DNA of 64,000 bases. Source: Candidatus Latescibacterota bacterium. Its GTDB lineage: Bacteria; Latescibacterota; UBA2968; SICM01. Position numbers and translations under genes: made by a program. Position 1 is the stretch's first letter. The number at the start of each line of letters is the position of its first letter. This document shows positions 42,644 to 52,346 of this stretch, piece by piece. The DNA lies in the NCBI GenBank assembly GCA_965217865.1, contig CBDCJO010000001.1, forward strand, positions 256,001 through 320,000, read 5' to 3'. A model generated the notes under the pieces. It was given only the letters and a program-made list of their open reading frames with translations. It was not told the origin of the DNA and made no database searches.

Positions 42644-42820
42644 ACTTCGGTGCCCATACCAGATGATACTGGCTATCATAGACTGCGTGACTGGTCCGTC
42701 GGAGTCCCATCGTATGCCTCCTGAGTCGATATGAGTCTCAGTGGTCTGCACACGATAAGACAGCCTTTTAGCTTGCCTTCGGCAAGCTAAACTTTTCCTC
42801 CCCTTCCAAAGGAAGGGGTA
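42641..42820 (-). mobile_element. IS200/IS605 tnpA 5' relic with terminal hairpin
   Basis: MGLRRTSHAVYDSQYHLVWAPKY; hairpin TTTAGCTTGCC-TTC-GGCAAGCTAAA at 42767-42791. Confidence 0.8.
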
Positions 42821-42854
42821 TCCAAGTCCAAATACTTTCATGAAAGGAAACCAG

Positions 42855-43412
42855 ATGGCATCCGGCGCAGACAATAACGGGAGGGCGTTTGTATCGCCCC
42901 AACCCGGTGAATCTTCAAGGGCCTTCCACGGATTCGAACACTATCGCGATCTTCCCGCCGATACGCGATCCATCGCCGCCGCCTACCAGGAGCATCTGGA
43001 GCAGTGCGGGGGGCACCGGAACAGCCCCAAAACAGTACCGGGATTCTGGAAGCAGTGGAGCTCTAAACATGGCTGGGTCGAAAGGGTCAAGGGTCACGAC
43101 GCGGACCTGTCCCGGCGGCAGCGCGACCGGCTTGCCCGTGAGCTGTCCGAGGCCAAGGAGAATGCCGCGAAAGTAGCCAAGGCCGCGCTCTCGCTTTTGG
43201 TATACCGGCTCAAGGATTTGGACATGAACGAGATTCCGGTGTCGGCGTTGGGCAGTTGGTTCAAGACGTTTGTGGAGGTTCAGTTGCGGGCTCTGGGCGA
43301 TTCGGAGAAGCTTGATCACAAGGTGGACATCGAGCCGATAACCGTCACCTACGTTCTGCCCGATGGCAAGAGAATGGAGGATTATCGCGTGCCTGCGGGA
43401 GACCCGAATTGA
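42855..43412 (+). CDS. Phage terminase small subunit-like protein
   Basis: QPGESSRAFHGFEHYRDL...RSI...WSSKHGWVERVKGHD resembles the N-terminus of proteins found at the terS position. Confidence 0.6.
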   Translation: MASGADNNGRAFVSPQPGESSRAFHGFEHYRDLPADTRSIAAAYQEHLEQCGGHRNSPKTVPGFWKQWSSKHGWVERVKGHDADLSRRQRDRLARELSEAKENAAKVAKAALSLLVYRLKDLDMNEIPVSALGSWFKTFVEVQLRALGDSEKLDHKVDIEPITVTYVLPDGKRMEDYRVPAGDPN

Positions 43413-43537
43413 ACGCAGATTTTCGAAAACGCTGTGATGGCCACCGCCGATGACGAATAAAGGCAGGTCGTTTGGGTGTGTTCGGGCTGGCCGTTATTCG
43501 GCTTCCTGGCCACGGGAACCGGGCCGCCCTGCTGCAT

Positions 43538-43771
43538 TCTGTTTTCACCAGAGAGCTTCAACCGTTTCGAGATCTCCTTGTCCGCCGCGTCAAGAGTGGC
43601 TTTCAACCATTTTTCATCCATGGGATCCCTCTTGCAGGTAGACCGCCCAATCGTCCATGAGCTTGCGCCGGCGCTCGAACAGGTCAGATAGAGTCCGTTC
43701 CCGTCGCCGTACCTGCCCGGCTTCGTCACTAATACTGCCTCCTGCCCGAGGAGATTTACGACGGGCTTCAT
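43538..43771 (-). pseudogene. Internally deleted integrase, plus a 148-bp duplicate of 41905-42052
   Basis: KPGRYGDGNGLYL joined directly to DLFERRRKLMDDWAVYLQEGSHG. Confidence 0.85.
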
Positions 43772-43804
43772 ATCCGCCCCAGAAGGGCTTTTCGGATTGT
43801 CGAT

Positions 43805-43914
43805 AGGGGACCGTGACGGACGTGGATGTCCCACACTACTGTCCCACATAATTCGGTCACCTGGCCACGGGAAACGAGCCGTCCTGCTGGGGCTTATCGG
43901 CCAACAGAAAGCGC
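43805..43914. repeat. Element right-end sequence, copy 1 (homologous to 63117-63277; partial copy 43491-43535)
   Basis: AGGGGACCGTGACGGAC, tandem TGTCCC arm-like sites, CCTGGCCACGGGAA, ends CAGAAAGCGC. Confidence 0.85.
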
Positions 43915-43987
43915 GGGAGGGATGCTTCCCCTTCCCACTCTTGGGAATTACTTTAGGTAATTACAAATCACAACGCAGAGCCCGCAA

Positions 43988-44133
43988 TGCCGGGTCCCCT
44001 GCTGAATACAATAGCCCTGTTATACCTGAAGTATGGGGGTAGCTCTCCATGCTTTAGGCGAATAGGCAGGACTTTCCCGCATAACCTCTGCGTGACGGTT
44101 GGCTAAGACCCGGCACCTCTTTTTTCAGGTGCC
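43988..44133 (+). ncRNA. Candidate structured RNA leader
   Basis: TGCCGGGTC/GACCCGGCA closing stem, CCTGCT/GGCAGG inner stem, competing GGCACCT/AGGTGCC hairpin. Confidence 0.4.
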
Positions 44134-44165
44134 AAAGCATCCAACCTGACAGAAAGAGGAGGGTC

Positions 44166-46297
44166 ATGTTGTTCAAGTGTGTAATATGCGCCATTGTCCT
44201 GTTTGCAACATTGCCACCAAGGATCGCCAAAGCTGAGGAATTTCGTTGTTACGAACCTTCTGAATTGGAAGAAAAAATAACTTACGCCGGAAAACCGGCA
44301 ACCAACTCCATTCCCGAAGGCGAACCCAGAATGGTAAGAGCCGTCTATCTTCTACCCAACGATAGAGAGTTCCGTCAAGAAATGGTTGATTCAATAAAAA
44401 CCATCATTCAGTATGCTCAAAACTTCTTTGGAAGCCAAATGGAAATTCATGGCTATGGTTATAAAACCTTTCAATTCGAAGCTGACATCAATGGTCGTCC
44501 TGTCGTTCATACGGTTATCGGGAAACATTCATCGGATTATTACGCCGAAACCATGATTACATATAAAGACGTTCCTTCAACATACAAGAACGTCTATTTT
44601 ATCGCAATAGATCATACGAAAAGCAGTAGAGCAAGAGGTGCGCGAAATGGAAAAATGGGTGGCAAAGCTATTGTTCCGTTTCCATCGCTATCCAAAATTT
44701 GGGCATGTCATGAACTTGGACATGCTTTTGGGCTGCCTCATGATTTTAGGGATGGCTCTTACGTCATGTCATATGGCTGGAGCCATAACGGCAATACAGG
44801 CCAAAACACACTGTCCAAATGCGCCGCGGAATTTCTATATGTTAATCCCCTGTTTAATCCGGACATCCCGTCAACGTGTGACGGGAAAGAATCAACAACA
44901 ATAAAGCTTGTTTCAACTAATGAATATCCAAATGGCGCCAGCATCCTTCCAGTCCGAATTGAATTGAGCGATTCAACAGGCCTTCACTCGTTCAGGATAA
45001 CTATATCTCCAAATGGACAGATAAAAAAATGTTTCGGCGGTCTGAATGGATCGAAAAAAAGATTATTGAATTTTATTTTGATGGTGCCCCTCCAATGTAT
45101 TCTGAAAGAAATCTTTCCAATCAGGTTGCGCACAAAATATATTCCACCGCGGCTGATATCAATGGGCATAATGAATATAAATCTTTCACTTTCATAGAAA
45201 AATCAAAATATCAGATCACTACACTGGAAGGCCATACGTCCCGTGTTACGGCCGTATCATTTTCTCCGAACGGAACCATCCTCGCATCTGGATCGGAAGA
45301 CGCAAGCGTCAGACTTTGGAACGTGGAATCAAAGGAAAGCATGATGGCCCTGGAAAACCCAACACATCACACAACCAACATACCCATATTCTCACCAGAC
45401 GGGAAAACACTTGTATATGGGTCAGGCTATGATATCAAAGTATTGGACATGAAAACGAAAAAATATGTTGAAGTTCTCAAACATGAGAAAATTCCCAGCC
45501 ATCTTGAATTCTCTCCAGATGGAAAAATACTTGCCGCGGGACTATCATCGGGAAGCATCATTTTTTGGGATACGGCAACTTGGAATCAAATTAGGACGCT
45601 TAAAGGACATACTGAAAACCGCAACATCACTTCAACTGCATTTTCTCCGGATGGAAAGACAATCGGGTCCGCCTCCGGAGGAGACAATAAAATCATACTA
45701 TGGGACGTAGAAACCGGGGAAGAAATAACCGCCCTTCAAGGACATGAAAGTTACATTTTTTCAATATCATTTTCCCAAGACGGAAAATTGCTCGCGTCAA
45801 GCTCAGCTGATTCAAAGGTTATTATTTGGAACGTAGAAACGGGAGAACAAAACCACACCATTTCCAAGGAACACATGTCATACGCCTTCGTAAATTCAGT
45901 TCTGTTTTCACCTGATGGCAGAATCCTCGCAACAAAAGCACTTTATGATATTCTGCTCTGGGAAGTCAAAACGATGTCACGCATAGCCAAGATCGGACAC
46001 ATTACAGGTAACGTCCAGATTCCATCTCCAACAATGTCTTTCTCTCCGGATGGATCGATTCTTTCGTGTGCGTCCGGCAACACGATAAAATTATACAGAG
46101 TTCCATATTTTCTTACTGTTCCAAATCCAGATTTTAACAGCGATGGTCTCGTTACTATCGATGATTTTTTTATGTTTGCGGAGAACTTCGGCACAAACCA
46201 CGGTGACGAAAAATACGATTTCAAATATGACCTCAACCATGACAGAAAAATAGGGCTTGGAGACTTTTGGATATTTGCCGAAGCGTATGGAAAATAA
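44166..46297 (+). CDS. Exported Zn-metalloprotease + WD40 + dockerin-like protein, frameshifted at the A7 run 45054-45060
   Basis: Signal peptide; HELGHAFGLPH with YVMSY Met-turn; WD40 repeats; PDFNSDGLVTIDDF..DLNHDRKIGLGDF; low GC. Confidence 0.85.
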
Positions 46298-46353
46298 CCC
46301 CCCCCACTAAGCCCTAAACTTGTAATCACCTTACTTTACTTGAGTTCGGGCGC

Positions 46354-46548
46354 TCAGGGCGCTCCAAGATCGAGGCGCGCACTTCCATTTCCATTCGCCT
46401 CAACGATCGCCCGCAACGACTCGATATCCGCATCGGTCAATGCCGATAAGTCGGGTTTCTGCAACGCCACCTCGCCGCTGTGCTGGAGTTCCTGGGGCGC
46501 ATCGAGGCCGAGCAGCTTCGCCTCCCGCTCCGCATCGGTCCTGCGGCG
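46354..46548 (-). pseudogene. Terminase small subunit-like C-terminal relic
   Basis: EREAKLLGLDAPQELQHSGEV..PDLSALTDADIESL; no start codon. Confidence 0.55.
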
Positions 46549-46559
46549 TCACGGGCGAC

Positions 46560-47109
46560 ACTGAACCTCGGTCCGCATCGGGAGTTGCCGCCCGATTACA
46601 GCAAACGGAAGGCAGAATATAACGAAGCCTACCGCCAGTACCATGTTAAACTGCTGTGCGAGGGCTCCCCCACGGTGCGGGATGTCGTGGGCAAATTGGA
46701 TGTCGTGTTAGGTCCCAGGAACATTACTTGCCTCTGCAAACCGACGCATGCGGAGGTGATCAAGGGATTTCCGTGCAACAACCCGTACGTCTGGTATCCA
46801 GAAGAATTGCTGTCCATAGAGTGGGGCCGGTTCGTTCAGGCCACCCGACAAGGCGAGTCTTTGGGCTTCGTCGAAGCATTCCTCAAAAGGGAGGGAACCA
46901 AACTCGTATTTGAGGGATGGCGCTACCTGGGTGAGATGAAACTTGAGAAAGCGGGCACCGTCTTCCACGGCCCGCCCGCGAAGATGATCCGAATGGCGCG
47001 ACACTTAGAGAAACTCGTGTGGAGCAGTCTCCGACACGAATCGGTCGCCAATCATTCTGATGCATCGGCAGCCTCCCCTTCCTCGTCCCCGTCACCGAAG
47101 CAGACTTGA
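46560..47109 (+). CDS. Hypothetical protein, probably 5'-truncated
   Basis: Open frame without a convincing start; no recognised motif. Confidence 0.35.
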
Positions 47110-47199
47110 ACGATCGTCGGTGGAGCGGCGGATCCCTTCAATTCGCCGTCGTGCTCGACCACGCGACGGGCCGAACCGCGCGCAGCAGACAGAACAATA

Positions 47200-47419
47200 C
47201 GTGCTCGCAAAGCCAGTCGTTACTCGGTCTTGCCAAGAGCGGGTCCACGATCCTTGTCGTGATGGCGGTAAGCGTGTCTCGGGCCGCTGGGAGGCCCCCT
47301 ACACGGGGCGCGTGTTCACCAATTCCCGAAGTCTCGACATCGACCACTTCATCCCGTTGGCCGAGGTGCATCACAGCGGCGGGCATGCCTGGACGCCAGC
47401 CCAGCGGGAGCGCCACTAG
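47200..47419 (+). pseudogene. HNH/DUF1524-like nuclease fragment
   Basis: SGRWEAPYTG..LDIDHFIPLAEVHHSGGHAW, then a premature stop. Confidence 0.75.
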
Positions 47420-47482
47420 ATGCGCGGGCCGCCGCAGGAACACCCGCATCGGTCACGACGGACTCCAGCAATAGGAGGGGCG

Positions 47483-48721
47483 ATGCAACTTCTCAAACTA
47501 AATGCCCGTTTAACTTGGATCTTGATTGTCATTGCCTTGCTGGTAACTGAGGCTGTGCTCTTGATTATGTACTGGTGTTGGCTGAGTGACGGGGAATCCG
47601 GCAGCACGACAATCCGCAATCTTGGCTTTGTCATTGTCGCGATTATTGGCCTACCACTTGCCATATGGCGTAGCATTGTGGCGCAACGACAGTCCGAAAC
47701 AGCGCAGCGTGGCCTGTTGAACGAACGCTATCAGAAAGGCGCGGAAATGCTGGGTAGTAAGGTACTCCCGGTCCGTCTCGGCGGTATCTACGCTCTTGCA
47801 CGTCTGGCTCGTGAGCATCCCGGAGACTATCACACGCAGATTATGAGTCTCTTCTGCGCGCTCGTGCGCCACCCGGTAGCCGTTGAGGCAGCCGAGCCGA
47901 TAAACGGCGGATCCTTGACGGTGGCCCCCACATTCAAAAACGGGGAGAATGAAGCAGGCAACAATCACCTACTGCGGGTGCGCGAGGATGTTTTGGAAGT
48001 CTTGAAAGTGTTCCGGGAACGCAACGGGACGCAAATCAAAACAGAAACAAAAGGGGAATACCGGCTGAACTTGGTCAACGCGGATCTGAACCATGCGGAT
48101 CTGAACCATGCGGATCTGAAAGGTGCGGATCTGAACCATGCGGATCTGAACCATGCGAAGCTGGCCGGCGCGAAGCTGAACCATGCGAAGCTGACCGGTG
48201 CGGATCTGAACCATGCGGATCTGAAAGGTGCGGAGTTGAACCATGCGAAGCTGATCGGTGCGGATCTGAACCATGCGGAGATGATCGATGCGGAGCTGGG
48301 CGGTGCGAAGCTGATCGGTGCAAAGCTGGCCGGTGCGGAGCTGATCGGTGCGAAGCTGAACCATGCGAAGCTGACCGGTGCGGAGCTGAACCATGCGAAG
48401 CTGAACCATGCGAAGCTGAACCGTGCGGATCTGAACCATGCGAAGCTGAAAGGTGCGGAGATGATCGATGCGGAGATGAAAAGTGCGGAGCTGGACCATG
48501 CGGAGCTGATTGATGCGAAGCTGATTGATGCGAAGCTGGCCGGTGCGAAGCTGGCCGGTGCGAAGCTGGCCGGTGCGAAGCTGAACCATGCGGATCTGAG
48601 AAATTGTGAAGGTCTTACCCAAAAGCAAATTGATCAGGCGACGGCGGATTCCGACGCTCCGCCGAACCTAGAGGGTGTTGTTGACACCAGTACCGGCGAA
48701 CTCCTTGTCTGGCGGGGGTAG
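47483..48721 (+). CDS. Membrane-anchored pentapeptide repeat protein
   Basis: AGGAGG RBS; two TM segments; ERYQKGAEMLG..VRLGGIYAL; about 35 A(D/K/E)Lxx repeats. Confidence 0.93.
   Translation: MQLLKLNARLTWILIVIALLVTEAVLLIMYWCWLSDGESGSTTIRNLGFVIVAIIGLPLAIWRSIVAQRQSETAQRGLLNERYQKGAEMLGSKVLPVRLGGIYALARLAREHPGDYHTQIMSLFCALVRHPVAVEAAEPINGGSLTVAPTFKNGENEAGNNHLLRVREDVLEVLKVFRERNGTQIKTETKGEYRLNLVNADLNHADLNHADLKGADLNHADLNHAKLAGAKLNHAKLTGADLNHADLKGAELNHAKLIGADLNHAEMIDAELGGAKLIGAKLAGAELIGAKLNHAKLTGAELNHAKLNHAKLNRADLNHAKLKGAEMIDAEMKSAELDHAELIDAKLIDAKLAGAKLAGAKLAGAKLNHADLRNCEGLTQKQIDQATADSDAPPNLEGVVDTSTGELLVWRG
48080..48600 (+). repeat. 15-bp tandem repeat array encoding the pentapeptides
   Basis: GCGGATCTGAACCAT / GCGAAGCTGGCCGGT variants in tandem. 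Confidence 0.92.
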
Positions 48722-48827
48722 GCCGCTCCGCGAAGCGGATCCCGACCGGGGGTTCATGGCACGGTCTGGCAGCTGATAATAATGTCGTGTCCCAGGAGTT
48801 CCTTATAAACGAAAGTCTCCAAAAACG

Positions 48828-48938
48828 TAGCGGTGGCTGTCATTTTGATCGAGAGCCAGCGAGCGAAGATCGCACCAACTGTCTGATAGTTCGGGACATA
48901 GAGATCCTTCACTCCGCTCAGGACGACAAACCGCTATC
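48828..48938. repeat. REP/MITE-like palindromic element
   Basis: TAGCGGT..GTCATTTTGA..GCGAAGATC ... GATCCTTCACTCCGCTCAGGACGAC..ACCGCTA. Confidence 0.65.
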
Positions 48939-49398
48939 CGAGGAATTATTGAAGGGATCTTTGGGATACGACACTGATATGTATCGACCGTTGTCAACCC
49001 CTCCGGGTTAGAAATTTTCGGGTGTTATCTTTGCATGGATTTTTTTCGGGAGCAGAAGGGACAATATAGCGATTGCCCGGCCCGGCGACGTGACCGAGGG
49101 CTACGCCGCCGACTGGACCGTCGAGCAACTCTGCGAGCCCGCGCAGCGGATCGCCGACCGGATCGATGCGTTGATGGACGTGTATGCGCACACCGGATTC
49201 GGCGGTTGGTTGTAGACTGCCCGGTGGTGGGCTACATGTTGACCGCAGAGCCTCAAGCGCCTGTTCGGGAAAGGAAATAAAAGGCGGATGCAGTCGCTGA
49301 CCTGACATTCAACCGGAAAGGTGGCGCATAGCGCGAGGAAGGAACAAAAAGGCGACATCGGGCGACGAAGTTAACCCCGGAGACGGCGCCACGACCAA

Positions 49399-50118
49399 CT
49401 ATGAGGCCGACTGGTGGGCGATGGCCGACGCCCTGCGCGGTTCGATGGACGCGGCCGAATACAAGCATGTCGCCTTGGCCTGATTTTCCTCAAATACATC
49501 TCCGACGCTTTCGAGGAGCGCCACGCGGCGGTTGTCACCGAATGGGGCGCCGATGCCGCCGAGGACCGTGACGAATACATCGCCGAGAACATCTTCTGGG
49601 TGCCGCCGCAGGCCCGCTGGACACATCTCAAGGCACACGCGAAACAACCCACGATCGGCCACCGGGTGGACGAGGCCATGGCCGGGATCGAACGCGACAA
49701 CCCAGCGCTCAAGGACGTACTGCCCAGGGACTATGGACGGCCAGCACTGGACAAGCAGCGGCTCGGCCAGCTCGTCGATCGGATCAGCAACATCAAGGTG
49801 GGCGGTGAGGACGCCCGGTCCAGGGATGTGCTCGGCCGCGTCTACGAGTATTTTCTGTCGCAGTTCGCCAGCGCCGAGGGCAAGAAGGGCGGCGAGTTCT
49901 ACACCCCGCGCTGCGTGGTCAAGCTGCTGGTCGAGATGTTGGAGCCCTATCGGGGCCGAGTCTACGATCCCTGTTGCGGTTCGTCCGGCATGTTCGTGCA
50001 ATCGGTCGAGTTCATCCGCACGCACGCCACCGGTAATGGCAATGGCGGAAGAGCACCCAGAGGCGCCAAGGCCGACCTGCCGGCGCCGATGCTTCGGCAG
50101 GCAGGTATCTCGATCTAC
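49399..50118 (+). pseudogene. Type I R-M HsdM N-terminal fragment
   Basis: [50 protein letters not shown]; frameshifts; truncated at ISIY. Confidence 0.9.
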
Positions 50119-50239
50119 GAGACGTTCGGAAGAGAAGACAGGTTCGATGAAGCTGGCAGATTTAGTACGCCATTATTGGGAATATAGACCTGTTTGGATA
50201 GATTTCAGTACACTAAGGATGACACAAAGGAGCGTTATC

Positions 50240-51103
50240 GTGGCGGCAAACCAAACCACCGACTTCAAAGACCCATTGTGGATCACAAAATGGTTGGATA
50301 CGGCCTTGAAGAAGGAGAAGGAAAAATACGAAAAATGTCCGGTAATGCCGGACTTGGTTCCCGGCCTTGAAACTGCGCAGGGGTGGGGCTACGTTACCGC
50401 TGGCTATTTCCTTGTCGAAGAGTCGTTCAAGGCACTTCTATACGTTCGCGGGAAAACGGTGCCCAAAATACACTCACTGTCTACTCTGTTCAACTTGTTC
50501 GATCAAAACGACAAGACGATCCTCTGCGAATATTATGTTGACTACCAAGCAACCATAGGCGGGAACAAAGGGGTGTTTCCGTTCAAATCCCTCGACGACT
50601 TCCTTGTAAATCTCGACGGCGATAAGAACAGACGCGGAGACCACATCGGCTCCTCCGACTGGCGGTACTTCCTCATTGAGGAAAAGCGAAGCCAGAAGAT
50701 GCCGTTGGTCAGCGTGGATTATTTGCACGAAATCGTGTTCGGGTGTATCCAAATCGTCAAATACGCGAACAACTGTCGTTTCAAACCGTCTCGATACACT
50801 CGTACCTGGCGGATGCGACGGAAGCGCAAGAGGAAATATACCGACTGGTTGACTGTCAGGATGAACTCTGACGGGTGGGATGATCTTGGTGATAGATTGG
50901 AAATCCTGTGGGGACCAGACTATCGCGGGCGCTACGATCTATACCTTTTCAGGGGCAAGGGAAGGAAAGACTGTTTTTCGGAGATTCCGGACGACTTCGC
51001 GTTGCCAGTTGTTGACAAGAGGAAGGAGATCGAAACCTTCGATGTTGAACAAGGATATCGGAGTATCGGAGTGACCCGCACTTCGCGTCCGTCTACGAAC
51101 TGA
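50240..51103 (+). CDS. Hypothetical protein with a HEPN-like N-terminal pattern
   Basis: AAGGAG RBS before GTG; YFLVEESFKALL...PKIHSLSTLF, later DWRY. Confidence 0.65.
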   Translation: MAANQTTDFKDPLWITKWLDTALKKEKEKYEKCPVMPDLVPGLETAQGWGYVTAGYFLVEESFKALLYVRGKTVPKIHSLSTLFNLFDQNDKTILCEYYVDYQATIGGNKGVFPFKSLDDFLVNLDGDKNRRGDHIGSSDWRYFLIEEKRSQKMPLVSVDYLHEIVFGCIQIVKYANNCRFKPSRYTRTWRMRRKRKRKYTDWLTVRMNSDGWDDLGDRLEILWGPDYRGRYDLYLFRGKGRKDCFSEIPDDFALPVVDKRKEIETFDVEQGYRSIGVTRTSRPSTN

Positions 51104-51186
51104 AAGTTCTTTCCATCCAAAGTCCTTCGGGTTGTCGTTGTCTTCCAGTATTGAAGGCGTATAGTCGCCCATGGTGCGAGACTTCG

Positions 51187-51663
51187 CGCGGTCACGTTCT
51201 TTGTGGACCATATCGGAGTCAAGACCTCCAGCACGTCAGCCGTCGTGATCTCCGACACCGAACACCGGCTCAGGCGCGGGAACACGTAATGACGAAGCGA
51301 ATGTTCCCATTGCGCCTCGCTCTTGCCGCTGCTCTTCCAATACGGCCGGTGAATTTCTATCACCCTCGCGGCGGCTTCCTCGAACGTGGGCACGCCTTGA
51401 TCCTTGCGCTTCTCCGTGAGCGGGTCGCCGCCGGCACGGGCCAGCTTGCGGTAGGCAAATGCCTTCTCGCGGGCTTCGGCCAGCGTCACCAAGGGAAAGC
51501 CGCCCAGGTCGAGCTCACGCCGCCGTCCGCGAATCGTTAGTCGTTGCACCCAGCAACGCGCCCCGGTCGGCGTGACAAGCAGATAGAGTCCGTTCCCGTC
51601 GCCGTACCTGCCCGGCTTCTTCACCGTTCGGACGAAGGCTGCGCTCAGTACCTTATACTTCAT
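51187..51663 (-). pseudogene. P4-type integrase N-terminal half (arm- and core-binding domains), truncated
   Basis: MKYKVLSAAFVRTVKKPGRYGDGNGLYL...GGDP...PTFEEAA...ITTADVLEVLTPIW; GGGAGG RBS. Confidence 0.92.
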
Positions 51664-52064
51664 TTCGAACCTCCCTATGTTGGGGGGTGGTCCAACCACT
51701 TACGTCGATTTTAAAGCGCAATAGTGTCTCACTACAATTCACGCTCCATTCCAATCTTCTTTAGTGCCGCAAATTCCTCAGAAGCTCGCGGCGGCAAAGC
51801 TCATCCTTCAACCGGCGAATCGAGCCCTCGTCCAGGGCCGGAGTTTCCGAATCCGCCGACCGGATAGCCCCGCGCAACGTTTTTGCCTCCACTTTTTCTT
51901 GGAAGGACGCCTCATGTGGTTTCCGCCAGAGAAGCGGAATCCTGGGTGATTGTGCACTTGACAAAATAGGGCTTGGCAGTTCTTGTGTGTTTCGTTACAC
52001 TTTATGGTTTTGACCTCCACTTGGATTTTGTCTCCCATAATGATGCATTGCGATCAGAGGCCCC

Positions 52065-52346
52065 GTGATCGAGAACACAGAGCTCACACTAAACATCTTG
52101 CGTCATTTTGCGCGAGATGATGTTCCTTACCCTTCGAACTTGACTCCCGACGATATATACCGGGTCTTCCCTGGCAAAGACCCGGCGGCCATAGATTATT
52201 CCCTGCTATGTGCGATAAGAACGGAATTGCTGGATGGTCACATTGGTGACTCAAGCACGATAGATAAAAGGCAGCCTGGAACTGCTCGCGCGGCGACGAC
52301 GTGTCACGCCGCGGGCGCCAAGGACCTATCATCCGCATATGAGTAA
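52065..52346 (+). CDS. Small hypothetical protein or fragment
   Basis: ORF overlapping the hsdM start; plausible N-terminus, degenerate C-terminus. Confidence 0.35.
   Translation: MIENTELTLNILRHFARDDVPYPSNLTPDDIYRVFPGKDPAAIDYSLLCAIRTELLDGHIGDSSTIDKRQPGTARAATTCHAAGAKDLSSAYE

Noticed and set aside
43988-44115. c-di-AMP (ydaO) riboswitch call
   Set aside because: Only partial resemblance (GCTGAA, GCTAA); the core GGGGA/CCCGAA/CCGTCAGCTAA arrangement is absent
47969-48628. Minus-strand repetitive ORF, or CRISPR-like array
   Set aside because: Contiguous 15-bp coding repeats without spacers; no CRISPR array or cas gene seen anywhere in the window
49532-50239. N-terminal extension of the 523-aa ORF
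   Set aside because: Off-frame reading of the hsdM relic; the real start is near 50240
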